NCBI GenBank assembly: GCA_034421295.1
Contig: DAOUKM010000004.1
Span: 12,399 to 76,398, forward strand
DNA length: 64,000 nt
Direction of reading: 5' to 3'
Source of the DNA: Dehalococcoidia bacterium
GTDB taxonomy: Bacteria; Chloroflexota; Dehalococcoidia; Lucifugimonadales; UBA2962
Numbering within the stretch: position 1 is the stretch's first letter; each line of letters begins with the position of its first letter. The position numbers and the translations under genes are program-made. Below, piece by piece: positions 10,418-19,913 of this stretch. Below the pieces are notes generated by a model, which was given only the letters and a program-made list of their open reading frames with translations, did no database searches and had not been told where the DNA came from.

Positions 10418-11911
10418 CTACCTGGCGCCGTAGATCACGTCCGGTAGCCACAACGCAATCTGCGGAAACGCCAGCACGAGCCCGATTACGGCGGCCATGC
10501 AGGCCATGAAGGGCAGCACGCCTATCCACACGTCCGCAATGGTGCTGGGTCTCACCGACCGGTTAGACTTTTCGGCCTCTTCGCGATCGACGTCCTGACG
10601 GACGCCGTGCAGGACGTACAGGTTTATCCCTTCCGGTGGGCTGATCAGGGCCGCCTCCACCAGCAGCACCATTATGACCCCGAACCAGACGAGGTCGACT
10701 CCCGATTGCTGCAGGGTCGGGATGAGGATGGGAACGGTGGTGACCATCATGGCGAAGCTCTCCATGAAGGTACCCAGAAGGAGGTAGAACACAACCAGGG
10801 CCAACACCAGCTGCCAATCGCTCAGGCTCAGGCTCGAAATGGCCTCGGCGATCTCCTGAGAGATCCCGAGCCGGGCGAATGCGAAGCTCAGCGTGACCGC
10901 GGCAAGCAGGATCAGGAAGATCATCCCGGTCGTCCGAACCGTGGAAATAAGCGACTGCTGGACGATCCGCAGGTTTCTCCTCAGGACGACCCGAGCGATT
11001 TCGCGGGAGGGCATGTGCGCCGAGCGCAGCGCCTCCTGAGCGCTCTGCGGCAACAGGTGAATGAGACCGGTTCGCCTGAGCAGGCCGCCGAACAGCGGGC
11101 CAAGTAGCTCGCCCGAGTTAAGCAGAATCGCCAGGACAAAGGCGCCGGATACCCCGAAGGCGGCCGCCTCGCTCGGCGATGCGATGCCGAGATAGATGAA
11201 TCCCAGGACGACGAAGATGAGGGCCAGCACCGGCAGGAGGTTAAGGACGCCGAGCAATCTGAACTTCCACCCCTCCCAGCTGTCGAAGCTGTCCCCCTGC
11301 TCCCTCGGGGCCATATCACGCCAGGCCAGAGCCAGGATGGCTATCATCACAACGAATGTCGTCGCAAGCAGGAGTCCGGGCAGAAGGCCCGCCATGTACA
11401 GCCGTCCGATCGACTCCTCAGCGAGCACCCCGTACAGGATCAGGCCTATGCTGGGAGGAATCAGGATGCCCAGCGTTCCACCGGCGGCCAGAGAGCCCAC
11501 GACCATGCGCTCCGAATAGCCGCGCCGCCTGAAGGAGGGAAGCGACGCCCGGCTTATGGTGGCGGACGTTGCCACACTGGAGCCGCAGCAGGCAGAGAAG
11601 ATGGCGCATGAAACTACGTTGGTGTGGATCAGGCCGCCCGGGAGAAACCACAGCCAGCGAGAGATAACCGCGTACATGCGCTCTCCAATTCCGGAGCGGT
11701 TCATCAGCTCGCCCATGAGAATGAACAGCGGCACCGCCACCAGAATGAAGCCGGTCGTACCCTCCCATGCCTTGTTGGCCATGATGTTCCACAGCGGGGC
11801 ATCGGAAAAGAAGTACATGATGATCAGGGACAGGCACCCCAGGGCGGCGGCAACGTACATGCCCGCCATGAAGAATGCGCCCATCAACCCGAATGCGACG
11901 CCGAGAACCAC
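10418..11911 (-). CDS. dctM: TRAP transporter large permease subunit
   Basis: A 497-aa polytopic membrane protein with a DctM-like N-terminus and repeated hydrophobic helices. It follows the small permease gene by 29 nt. Confidence 0.85.
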   Translation of the reverse strand: MVLGVAFGLMGAFFMAGMYVAAALGCLSLIIMYFFSDAPLWNIMANKAWEGTTGFILVAVPLFILMGELMNRSGIGERMYAVISRWLWFLPGGLIHTNVVSCAIFSACCGSSVATSATISRASLPSFRRRGYSERMVVGSLAAGGTLGILIPPSIGLILYGVLAEESIGRLYMAGLLPGLLLATTFVVMIAILALAWRDMAPREQGDSFDSWEGWKFRLLGVLNLLPVLALIFVVLGFIYLGIASPSEAAAFGVSGAFVLAILLNSGELLGPLFGGLLRRTGLIHLLPQSAQEALRSAHMPSREIARVVLRRNLRIVQQSLISTVRTTGMIFLILLAAVTLSFAFARLGISQEIAEAISSLSLSDWQLVLALVVFYLLLGTFMESFAMMVTTVPILIPTLQQSGVDLVWFGVIMVLLVEAALISPPEGINLYVLHGVRQDVDREEAEKSNRSVRPSTIADVWIGVLPFMACMAAVIGLVLAFPQIALWLPDVIYGAR

Positions 11912-11940
11912 TGCCTAGCCCCCTGAGACCGATCGCGGGA

Positions 11941-12534
11941 TCATTCGACTTCGTGTCCGCCCATGGCCATGTGCAGGCGAGGCAGCCACCGCTCGGCGAT
12001 CATCGAGAGCATCATCTGAAGAGCCGTGAGCACCAGCATGGTGAACCCGACGGCGACCACGGCTTTGGGTATGAACAGGGGCGTCCGCGGATAGACGGTG
12101 TTATAGACACCGCGCTGATAGTCGCTGACTACGCTCTCCCACATCTCCCAGGCGGTCACGTAGGCCAGAAAGGCAAGCCCGCAGAGCGCCACCCAGTCTG
12201 CCACAGCCCGGACCGCCGGGCTCATGCGGGGCAGGAGCACGTCGATCCTGACATGAGAGTCCGAACGCAGCGAGTAGGCCAGCGCCCAGGTGACGGCCAT
12301 GGCCAGAACGTAGCCGCTGATGGCGTCGGTTCCTGGGGCCCTGGGCCAGCCGAGATTCCTCGCTACCACCTGGTACGTGATGAAGAAACCAAGCAGCAAC
12401 AGCTCGAGGCCGCAGACGTACCCGAGAAGCAGGTACAACCTGTCGGCCTTGCGGCTGACGGCGCGAAAGCCCAGCAGTAGGTAGAGAGCCGGCGTCCTCC
12501 GGCCCTCGTAGGTTGACAGGCTTGTAGTGGCCAC
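11941..12534 (-). CDS. dctQ: TRAP transporter small permease subunit
   Basis: A 197-aa protein with about four predicted TM segments, positioned between the dctP-like and dctM-like genes. Confidence 0.7.
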   Translation of the reverse strand: MATTSLSTYEGRRTPALYLLLGFRAVSRKADRLYLLLGYVCGLELLLLGFFITYQVVARNLGWPRAPGTDAISGYVLAMAVTWALAYSLRSDSHVRIDVLLPRMSPAVRAVADWVALCGLAFLAYVTAWEMWESVVSDYQRGVYNTVYPRTPLFIPKAVVAVGFTMLVLTALQMMLSMIAERWLPRLHMAMGGHEVE

Positions 12535-12814
12535 CGCGCTCGCCTACGTCTGAGACCCGCGGCGGCGCGCGTCAGCATGGGCGTTCCCGCGCCACCACAG
12601 CCAATATCTCTGTTCCGGAACCCGTCGCACGATTCGGAGCGCGGGCGGACCGAGCGGTCCTGTGAGCCCCCGCGTTAGCCGGCAGTCACAGGGAGGTGGC
12701 GGCATGCCAGGACAGCGGCTGAGCACTTTTGCGATCCGCCGGGTCGGCCCCGGAGCCATAGGGATGGCTCGGCCGCCGCGCGAACCTCGGCCCGTCAGCA
12801 AGGCGCATCCCTAG

Positions 12815-12845
12815 CCGGGAACCTAGCAGCGTACACGGTTCCCGG
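12815..12845 (-). terminator. intercistronic stem-loop downstream of dctP (possible attenuator or partial terminator)
   Basis: CCGGGAACC (12815-12823) pairs with GGTTCCCGG (12837-12845), giving a 9-bp stem and a 13-nt loop. It lies 45 nt downstream of the dctP stop. There is no clear U-tract. Confidence 0.3.
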
Positions 12846-12889
12846 GCTCAGGGTGTACCTCCTTCAGAAGCCCCTCAGAGTAGGAGCGA

Positions 12890-14407
12890 TCACTGGGCGA
12901 ACGGCCCCTTGGTAATGGGAACCTGCCTGATCGAACCGTCCGGTTCCACCCACAGGCCCGTATAGGGGCTGATCTTCTCATTGGCGACGTCCACTATCTC
13001 CTGGTTGCGGTCCGGGTACCCGAGGCGGCTCAGCCACCCTGGGAATACATGCTCGGGGAAGACCACGGTCCGGATGTGGCGGACTATCTCTTCCGAGAAT
13101 GGCACCGGCTGTACGCCGAGTGCCTGGTGAACCTGCAGGGCGACTATGTTCTGGAACGGTGCCAGGCGGAGCGCTTCAAGCTCGGCCTTTGCCCCCTCCT
13201 CGATGAGGATCTGCTGCAGGTCCTGCGGTATCTTGTTCCACACGTCCTTGTTGATCACGTTGTTGGTGTACCCGAAGCCGACCACGGGGCCGGCCATGTA
13301 GCTGGACACCTCGTACAGGCGGTCTGGAATCGCCAGCAGTATCCCGGTGGCGGCCGCGTCTATCTGCTCGAGTTCCAGCGCCTGATAGAGCTCGCCGAAC
13401 CCCAGGAACACCGGCTCTGCACCCATGCCGCTGATGAAATCGCTTATGGCGCCTCCGTGCGTCCTGATCTTCATGCCTTCGAAATCTTCGACGCTGAGCA
13501 GCGGCCTGTTCCCGAAGAACCACTGGTCGGCACCTGCAAACCAGTTGCGATTGAGCACCGGGCTGCCATCCGTGGCATCGAGTATGATCTGGTCGACCTC
13601 GGGCGCCACGTCGGTCAGTATCAGGTAGGAGCTCTCCCAGTCGCTGGCCATGCCCCAGAGAGCCTGCACCTCCAGGGCCGGGAGCGCACCTGCGACGTAG
13701 CCGGCGTATATGTTCACCATGTCCAGGGTGCCCTGTCGGACCTGGTCCAGGGTATCGGGACCGGCCAGCCCCAGTTCGGGGAACGAGACCACCGAGATCT
13801 TTACCTGACCGTTGGTGCGCCTTTCCACGTTTGGTGCCCAGTAGGCCTGGATGAGCAAACAGGTAGGCAGGGTGCGGCTGATGCAGACGTGCTGAATCTC
13901 GATGCTCTGTCCGCTTGAGGTCAGCTCGGTCGGATCGGTCAGCCTGGCCTTCTGTATGAGCCCTCGATAGTAGTCACTGGTAAAGATGAACATGTGGCCG
14001 GCGATGCCCAGCTCCGGAACGCCGAACAGTGCCGCCATGGACCCCTGCGCGAATTGCTCCTCGGATGACTCGAACATCATTCCCTCGTGTGGGGGCGGGC
14101 CAATCAGCTGCATGGGATCTCCCACGAAGATCGCCCCTGGCCTGCCGGCACGCTCCTGCGCATACTCGGCGAGCAACTGTTCCTCGGATGGCGCCGGCTC
14201 TTCGGCTGGCTCGGGAACTGAGGGGGTAGCGGTGAGCTCGGGGGGCGCAGCGGTCGCCGTCGGCTCGGCAGGCGCAGTGGTCGCCGTCGCCGTAGGATCT
14301 GCGGGTGCAGTCGTCGCAGTGGGGTCCGCGGCCCCATCGCCACCGCATGCCGACAATGCCAATCCCGCAGCGAGAAAAGCTACGATGAAAAAAGTCACCT
14401 TCTTCAT
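12890..14407 (-). CDS. dctP: TRAP transporter substrate-binding lipoprotein with a long N-terminal extension
   Basis: Signal peptide with lipobox (FLAAGLALSAC). A Pro/Thr/Ala-rich repeat linker follows (DPTATTAPADPTATATTAPAEPTATAAPPELTATP). The C-terminal roughly 320 aa is DctP-like, and the gene is adjacent to dctQM. Confidence 0.75.
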   Translation of the reverse strand: MKKVTFFIVAFLAAGLALSACGGDGAADPTATTAPADPTATATTAPAEPTATAAPPELTATPSVPEPAEEPAPSEEQLLAEYAQERAGRPGAIFVGDPMQLIGPPPHEGMMFESSEEQFAQGSMAALFGVPELGIAGHMFIFTSDYYRGLIQKARLTDPTELTSSGQSIEIQHVCISRTLPTCLLIQAYWAPNVERRTNGQVKISVVSFPELGLAGPDTLDQVRQGTLDMVNIYAGYVAGALPALEVQALWGMASDWESSYLILTDVAPEVDQIILDATDGSPVLNRNWFAGADQWFFGNRPLLSVEDFEGMKIRTHGGAISDFISGMGAEPVFLGFGELYQALELEQIDAAATGILLAIPDRLYEVSSYMAGPVVGFGYTNNVINKDVWNKIPQDLQQILIEEGAKAELEALRLAPFQNIVALQVHQALGVQPVPFSEEIVRHIRTVVFPEHVFPGWLSRLGYPDRNQEIVDVANEKISPYTGLWVEPDGSIRQVPITKGPFAQ

Positions 14408-14967
14408 TGAATAACCCTCTCTTTTCCCAGACCGTCTCGATTCGGTCCCGCTAGCACCTCGCCTGCCGTGACCTTAGGACGTCCGGCATACGGGCTCCAT
14501 GGCGATCCTCCGCCGCAAATTGGCAGGAGTGTTGCGAATTCCATCGAGAACCCTGTCCGGTATGGGCCACTTTTACTTTCCAGGTCCTACTCTGTCAACG
14601 GATTGAGGACACATCGTCAATGCCCGAGAGATTGAGATCGCGACTCTCCCCGACACCTACGCGCCGCCGAATTACTCGCATTAGGTTCGCAGGCAGGCCT
14701 GTGTAATCATGGCGAATACTGATACGAAGTGTAGAAAAGTTCCACATGCAGTTGCCAGTGTGCCACATATGGTCTGCCCGGTAACCGCCCCTATTGGACC
14801 TTCGCCCGTGTTCTGACGCCCTAGACCTGCCGTAGGAAGGAGGCTATCTTCCCCGGCGCATTCCGGGTCCTATCACCGATAGATCGCACCTGAACCCTCA
14901 CTCCCGCAAAGCTAACATTACAGATGGACCACGACCTGGGGGAAGGCTCGGCTTGGAAGAAAGAAGA

Positions 14968-16566
14968 ATGGACCAGCGTCTGGCCATCGGCCTCGGTTTC
15001 TTGCTGGTGGTGGCGCTCGCGACGATGGTTGCCTGCGAAGAAGGAATTGGAGAACCGACTCCTACCAAGGCTGAAATAGCTGAAGAGGCGGCCAGGGAGG
15101 TCCAGGCACCCGGCGACGTCGAGGCGGTCAAGGAGGTCCAGGCGCCCGGCGAAGTCGAGGCGGCCAGGGAGGTCCAGGCACCCGGCGATGTCGAAATGGA
15201 GGCGGCCAGTCCCCCGTCACCCGGTCTCTGGGCCGGCGATCTGAATGGCGATCCGGGGCAGACGGGATTCTCTCCGCCGTGGCTTGCCGTTCGGATCAGG
15301 CCTGGCGAGGATCCGTACCAAGATCCGTGGAAACTGGAGGTTGGGCCCTCGCCCGGATACCTTCCTCCGGCATTCCTCTGCGATCCGAAACAGAGGCCGG
15401 ACGGCTGGGAACTGTCCTCGTGCACGGGACTGGTCTATGTGGATCTGCACATATTTGCCCCCGCGAACGAGGGCGTCCTGGAGGCCACCCTATCCTCTCC
15501 CGGCTTTTTTGTCGCCAGAGGAACCCTGACGCGGATCGAGTCCCGGGACGAGCCTCAGTCCAGCGACAACGTCGAGGTCCTTTGGCACCAGCCGGGTGAG
15601 GCCCTGCACTCGGATATCTGGGCCGACGACGGGCTCGTGTTCGCCCCCAGACTCGACGGCATGATCGAGATCATTGATGCCAGTAACGGGAACATTCTCG
15701 GGCGAGCAACTGCTGGAGGCTACGTGTTCGACGTCAAGGCCAGGGACGGGATCCTCTATGCGGCCACTGCATCAAGCGGCCTTCAGATCATCGATGTCTC
15801 CGACCCTGCCAGGCCGCGGCCCATCGGCGAGTTCCTTGCGCCTCCTCTCGAGGGCTTTACGAACCTTCACAACATCTTCCTTTCCCCCAGCGGTCAGTTC
15901 GTATATGCCATCAACCAGTCCCAATACCCGGAGACGGACCTGCTGGTAATAGACGTGTCGGACCCGTCAAATGCGGTGGAGGCAGGCCGGTTCAGCCTGG
16001 AGACCGACACGGCATCGGCGTTTAACTTCCACGACACCCACGATGTCCATGTCCTGGAGGTCGAAGGCAGGCTGATCGCCTTTTTGAACTACCTTGACGC
16101 GGGCCTGTGGATACTGGACGTTACGGACCCGCAGGACATGTTCGTCGCGGGCTCGATCATCTGGGAGGGAATCTTCAGCCACAGCGGGTGGCCCTTCAGG
16201 ATTGAAGAGAGTCTGTACTATGCCCACAACGAAGAGGGCCATGACGCCCACATGACGATCCTCGATGTGACGGACCTGGCCAATCCCAAGATCGTTTCTC
16301 GTTTCGCCACCCGAAGGGGCGTATCCATACACAACGTCCAGGTTGAGGACGGCATCGCCTACATCTCGTATTACATCGACGGGCTCCGTGTGGTCGATCT
16401 GAGGGATCCGCTGTCTCCCAGGGAGATCGCCCACTTCGATACCGTGCCGGCCGAAAATGAACGGGACATTCTCCAGGGGGCATGGGGCGTGCGGGTGCTC
16501 GACGGGAACGTCTACATTTCCGATATCGAACTGGGGACATACGCCTTCAGGGTGCAGGTAGATTGA
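14968..16566 (+). CDS. LVIVD-repeat (beta-propeller) lipoprotein
   Basis: Lipobox in LATMVAC. Recurrent LVIVD-type motifs are present: IIDVSDPARP, LLVIDVSDPSNA, LWILDVTDPQDM, MTILDVTDLANP, LRVVDLRDPLSP. The ORF track starts at 14953 (TTG); ATG 14968 is preferred. Confidence 0.7.
   Translation: MDQRLAIGLGFLLVVALATMVACEEGIGEPTPTKAEIAEEAAREVQAPGDVEAVKEVQAPGEVEAAREVQAPGDVEMEAASPPSPGLWAGDLNGDPGQTGFSPPWLAVRIRPGEDPYQDPWKLEVGPSPGYLPPAFLCDPKQRPDGWELSSCTGLVYVDLHIFAPANEGVLEATLSSPGFFVARGTLTRIESRDEPQSSDNVEVLWHQPGEALHSDIWADDGLVFAPRLDGMIEIIDASNGNILGRATAGGYVFDVKARDGILYAATASSGLQIIDVSDPARPRPIGEFLAPPLEGFTNLHNIFLSPSGQFVYAINQSQYPETDLLVIDVSDPSNAVEAGRFSLETDTASAFNFHDTHDVHVLEVEGRLIAFLNYLDAGLWILDVTDPQDMFVAGSIIWEGIFSHSGWPFRIEESLYYAHNEEGHDAHMTILDVTDLANPKIVSRFATRRGVSIHNVQVEDGIAYISYYIDGLRVVDLRDPLSPREIAHFDTVPAENERDILQGAWGVRVLDGNVYISDIELGTYAFRVQVD
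15088..15195 (+). repeat. in-frame 36-bp tandem repeat, 3 copies, inside the LVIVD lipoprotein gene
   Basis: Three units at 15088-15123, 15124-15159 and 15160-15195 encode AAREVQAPGDVE, AVKEVQAPGEVE and AAREVQAPGDVE. Copies 1 and 3 differ by two synonymous third-position substitutions. Confidence 0.9.
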
Positions 16567-16592
16567 TACCCGCGCCCGCATCTTCAGCGAAC

Positions 16593-17852
16593 TTGGGGAG
16601 CCGCATCGACGCTGCAGCGGTAAGGCTGTGCGCGGCCCTGCTGGCGGTCGTGGCCGTCCTGGTCCTGGCCGGGGCAGGCTGCGGTGGCACCTCGGACACC
16701 CAGCCGTCCGGCGCCCCGCTCAAGATCGGCTTGTTACTGGACTTTACCGGATCTCCGGAGGCTTCCTCGGATAGAAAGCGAGCCTTCGACCTTGCTATAC
16801 GGCACATAAACGAGGGCGGCGGGGTGCTCGGAATGCGCGTCGAAAGTGTCGCGGCAGACGCCACCGGCGATCCATCCACCGCCGTGCGGGTGGCCAGGCA
16901 TCTCGTGGACGTAGAAGGGGTACATGCGATCGTGGGACCCAACGCCAGCGCGGCGGCACTGCCGGTCTCCCAGGGTGTATCAGCAGCGCTTGGCATTCCC
17001 ACCATCAGCCCTTCGGCCACCTCTCCTTACCTGACCGATGCCGAAGACGATGGTTACTTTTTCCGTACGGCGCTCTCGGATGCCGTCCAGGGCCCCGTGC
17101 TGGCCGACCTGGCCCGTGACCGCGGCTTTACCAACGTGGGCCTGATCTACCAGGACGACGCCTACGGCCAGGGTCTGGCCGACGCCTTTGCGGCATCCTG
17201 GACCGGAACCTTCAGGCCCGTGTCCGTTGAAAGGGGTCAGGCAGACTACCTGTCGGAACTGGCACAGAGCGCCGAACTGGGGGCACGGGCCCTGGTCGTC
17301 ATAGCCTTCGAGACACAGGCCCTGGCCATAGTGCGCCAGGCGATTGGCTCGGGCCTTTACGACCAGTTCGTCTTTGGCGATGCGGCCAAGAGATTGAGTC
17401 TCGTACGGCAGATTGGAGGGGACCGTCTGGGCGGAATGCACGGCACAGCGGGAGCGTCCGCGCCGGACAATGACGCCACAGCCGGGTGGGAGGCCGCCTT
17501 CATCGCCGAATACGGTGAGCTACCCGTTCTCGCCTACGTCAAGGAAACCTACGATGCGACCGTCGCCCTTGCCCTTGCCGCCCAGGCCGCCGGCAGTGTA
17601 GAAGGAGCGGCGATCCGCGATCACCTGCGGGAGATCGCAGGAGCCCCCGGTCGGATCGTACTGAGTACCCCGAGAGGAGTCTCCGAGGGTCTTGGCCAGC
17701 TTGCCAAGGGCAGACAGATCAACTTCGACGGGGCCGCCAACACCCTCGACTGGGACGCAAACGGTGACCTCATCAGGGGGTACGTGGGCACATGGAGATT
17801 CACGGCTGACGAGAATATAGAAGAACTGGAGGCAGTCTTCGTCGAGAACTAG
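16593..17852 (+). CDS. ABC-type substrate-binding lipoprotein, LivK / periplasmic binding protein type I family (orphan)
   Basis: Lipobox LAGAGCGG. The sequence is Peripla_BP_6-like (LKIGLLLDFTG, AIVGPNASAA). The ORF-track start at 16482 overlaps the previous gene by 85 nt, so TTG 16593 is preferred. No permease or ATPase gene is adjacent. Confidence 0.8.
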   Translation: MGSRIDAAAVRLCAALLAVVAVLVLAGAGCGGTSDTQPSGAPLKIGLLLDFTGSPEASSDRKRAFDLAIRHINEGGGVLGMRVESVAADATGDPSTAVRVARHLVDVEGVHAIVGPNASAAALPVSQGVSAALGIPTISPSATSPYLTDAEDDGYFFRTALSDAVQGPVLADLARDRGFTNVGLIYQDDAYGQGLADAFAASWTGTFRPVSVERGQADYLSELAQSAELGARALVVIAFETQALAIVRQAIGSGLYDQFVFGDAAKRLSLVRQIGGDRLGGMHGTAGASAPDNDATAGWEAAFIAEYGELPVLAYVKETYDATVALALAAQAAGSVEGAAIRDHLREIAGAPGRIVLSTPRGVSEGLGQLAKGRQINFDGAANTLDWDANGDLIRGYVGTWRFTADENIEELEAVFVEN

Positions 17853-18147
17853 CGGCAATCGACGGCGACCAGGGCCACCGGGCGCGAGCTAAGATCAGGT
17901 CCTTAAAGGCTTTCTCCCATCTACTGGTCATGGCTTCCGGAGAGGATGCGAGGTCCCCCACCGCCGTGCATAACGGGACAACTCGTGCTTAAGAGTCAGA
18001 CACAGCCGCCATCGAGATGACCGCCCGGAGATCTTCCGGGCGGACGGCGGCGTCTCACAGCCGTGTACCGCGTATTAATGGCGCCGGAAAAGCCCGATCC
18101 CAGGGACCGCAGCCGAATTGCCTTCCTCACGGGCAGGCTATGGGCCG

Positions 18148-18450
18148 TTAACTGCCTGCCTTCAGAAGGGCAGGGCGGATCCTCGTGTTCCAGTAGTCCG
18201 TGTCACCTTCTCGCCGCAGTTCCTCAACCAGCTGCGCTGTGTCCACACCCACGGCCCCCCTCAGCTCAGAAGCGGTGCGGCCTGCGGCCAGTTCAGTCAC
18301 CGCCGTCCGTAGTCTCATCACGTAACTGGCGACTTCAAAAGCGGCCTGATCAGACGCTGACCTGGTCTGCAGTGCCTCCAGCTTCTCCAGCCAGTCCAGG
18401 CCTCTTTCGGCCTGTTCAAACTCGTCATCCAGCGGGTTGGTCGTACTCAT
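18148..18450 (-). CDS. hypothetical small acidic protein
   Basis: A 100-aa ORF with non-degenerate composition and a helical-looking sequence. No family is recognised, and it could be spurious. Confidence 0.3.
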   Translation of the reverse strand: MSTTNPLDDEFEQAERGLDWLEKLEALQTRSASDQAAFEVASYVMRLRTAVTELAAGRTASELRGAVGVDTAQLVEELRREGDTDYWNTRIRPALLKAGS

Positions 18451-18953
18451 CCGGCATGCTCCACTGTCAGAATGGGTCGGGCCAGTTTCTGGGAGGAGTG
18501 ATCATACATGGTGCGGCTCCATCTCCCGGCAGTTCGCCGCCACCGCCACGGCGTCCACTCCTCCCTACCATTTGAAACGCCGGTTACGAAGTCCCGTTAG
18601 ATCCGCCCTGGCCTGCCCCGAATTCCGGTCCCTCAGGCAAGGGAGCACGCTGAGCCATCTGGATTGCCTCCATTGCTGTACCGATCACGATCCTGCTCGC
18701 GCACAGGGCAGGAATGGACTTGTCCCTGCAACAGGCCTTGCCGACATCTGTAGCTCCAGGTGAAAGAGGGCGGCCCCAGGCATCACCTGTCCGGCCATGA
18801 CCTGCTCTACACAGGTCCGCCGCCGAGGCCATGGCACCATCGCCTGGGTTGATGCGACCCGCCCAGGGGTTTTATCCGCGGTCAGTGATGGTCCCGCACG
18901 CTGTGCTTGGGGCAGGGGGAGCCCCAGGTGCTGCCGCGGTCTTGCTCCCCTTC

Positions 18954-19913
18954 CTACGGCTCCCCGCCGGCAAGGGTGACTCTATCTAGCAGGAATCCTC
19001 CCGAAGATGTCAGGTCCATCTCCTGTCCATCGACTGCAATCGCCACGAGCCGGCGCGAATATTCGCCCTGCGTCAGCGGCCCTCCCGTACTCTCCGAATA
19101 GACACCTTCCTTAAGGGGAAACGGCACGGTGGTAGACGGCGGGGTCATCCGGAAGGTCTCTGTGTAGACCGCGGTCATATCACGTGACAGGACCAATCGG
19201 ATCTGGGCGATCGGCACGTTGAAACGGCAACCCCCGGAGTTTAGAGCGTCTATAGCCGTTCGCATTCGGTCCCTAAGCGTTTGGAGGATCAGCTCCACGT
19301 CACCTCCCTCCAGCGTGGTTTCACACATCGACACCAGTTCGGGTGCGCCGGGGACCCGCAATCCAAACTCGTAGGAGACCGACACGTTGTCCTCCTCCCA
19401 GTTGCCGGTCACCCTGACCTTGTAGTCACCGGGACCGTGCTTCAGGTCGAATACGCCACGCACCGTCGACATTCGCTTAAAGTCCAAGTGCACGTCGCCG
19501 GGCTCGGTCACAGTCAGGGCGAACAGGCCCTCCGGCCGGGTGTCTGACTCCACCAGCACTTCCACCCGCTCGTTCGGGGCGACTTCCGTATACGAGTCGA
19601 CCCCGCTCCATGGGTCGGTCTCCGAGCAGGTGCGGCTGTCTTCGCCTTCAACCTGCCAGCAGGCATTGTTCCTTGAGCCCTCAATTGTCTCCCCCTTGTA
19701 CTCCAGGGTCAGCACCGGTAAATCGGGCTCGCTGCCCCCAGCCGGGGCGGCGGGGGCAGCTTCGAGCGGTGCTGTAACCCCGGGTTCGGGAGTCGGACCC
19801 TCCTGGCCGCACGCTGCCGCCAAGGCCACCGACGCAGCGAAGCACAGTGCCAGCGCGGCCGCCATCACCGAAGTTCGAACTCCCCCGCCTTGACTACCGA
19901 CTGCAGTTGGCAC
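18954..19913 (-). CDS. hypothetical lipoprotein
   Basis: Signal peptide plus lipobox (VALAAACGQ) followed by a Pro/Ala linker. The remainder has balanced composition and no recognisable domain. Confidence 0.6.
   Translation of the reverse strand: MPTAVGSQGGGVRTSVMAAALALCFAASVALAAACGQEGPTPEPGVTAPLEAAPAAPAGGSEPDLPVLTLEYKGETIEGSRNNACWQVEGEDSRTCSETDPWSGVDSYTEVAPNERVEVLVESDTRPEGLFALTVTEPGDVHLDFKRMSTVRGVFDLKHGPGDYKVRVTGNWEEDNVSVSYEFGLRVPGAPELVSMCETTLEGGDVELILQTLRDRMRTAIDALNSGGCRFNVPIAQIRLVLSRDMTAVYTETFRMTPPSTTVPFPLKEGVYSESTGGPLTQGEYSRRLVAIAVDGQEMDLTSSGGFLLDRVTLAGGEP

Noticed and set aside
15088-15195. Tandem repeats here and at 32453-32606, considered as a possible CRISPR or other non-coding array
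   Set aside because: The repeats are contiguous with no spacers, are in frame, and encode sensible linker peptides inside lipoprotein genes. No cas genes are present in the window.
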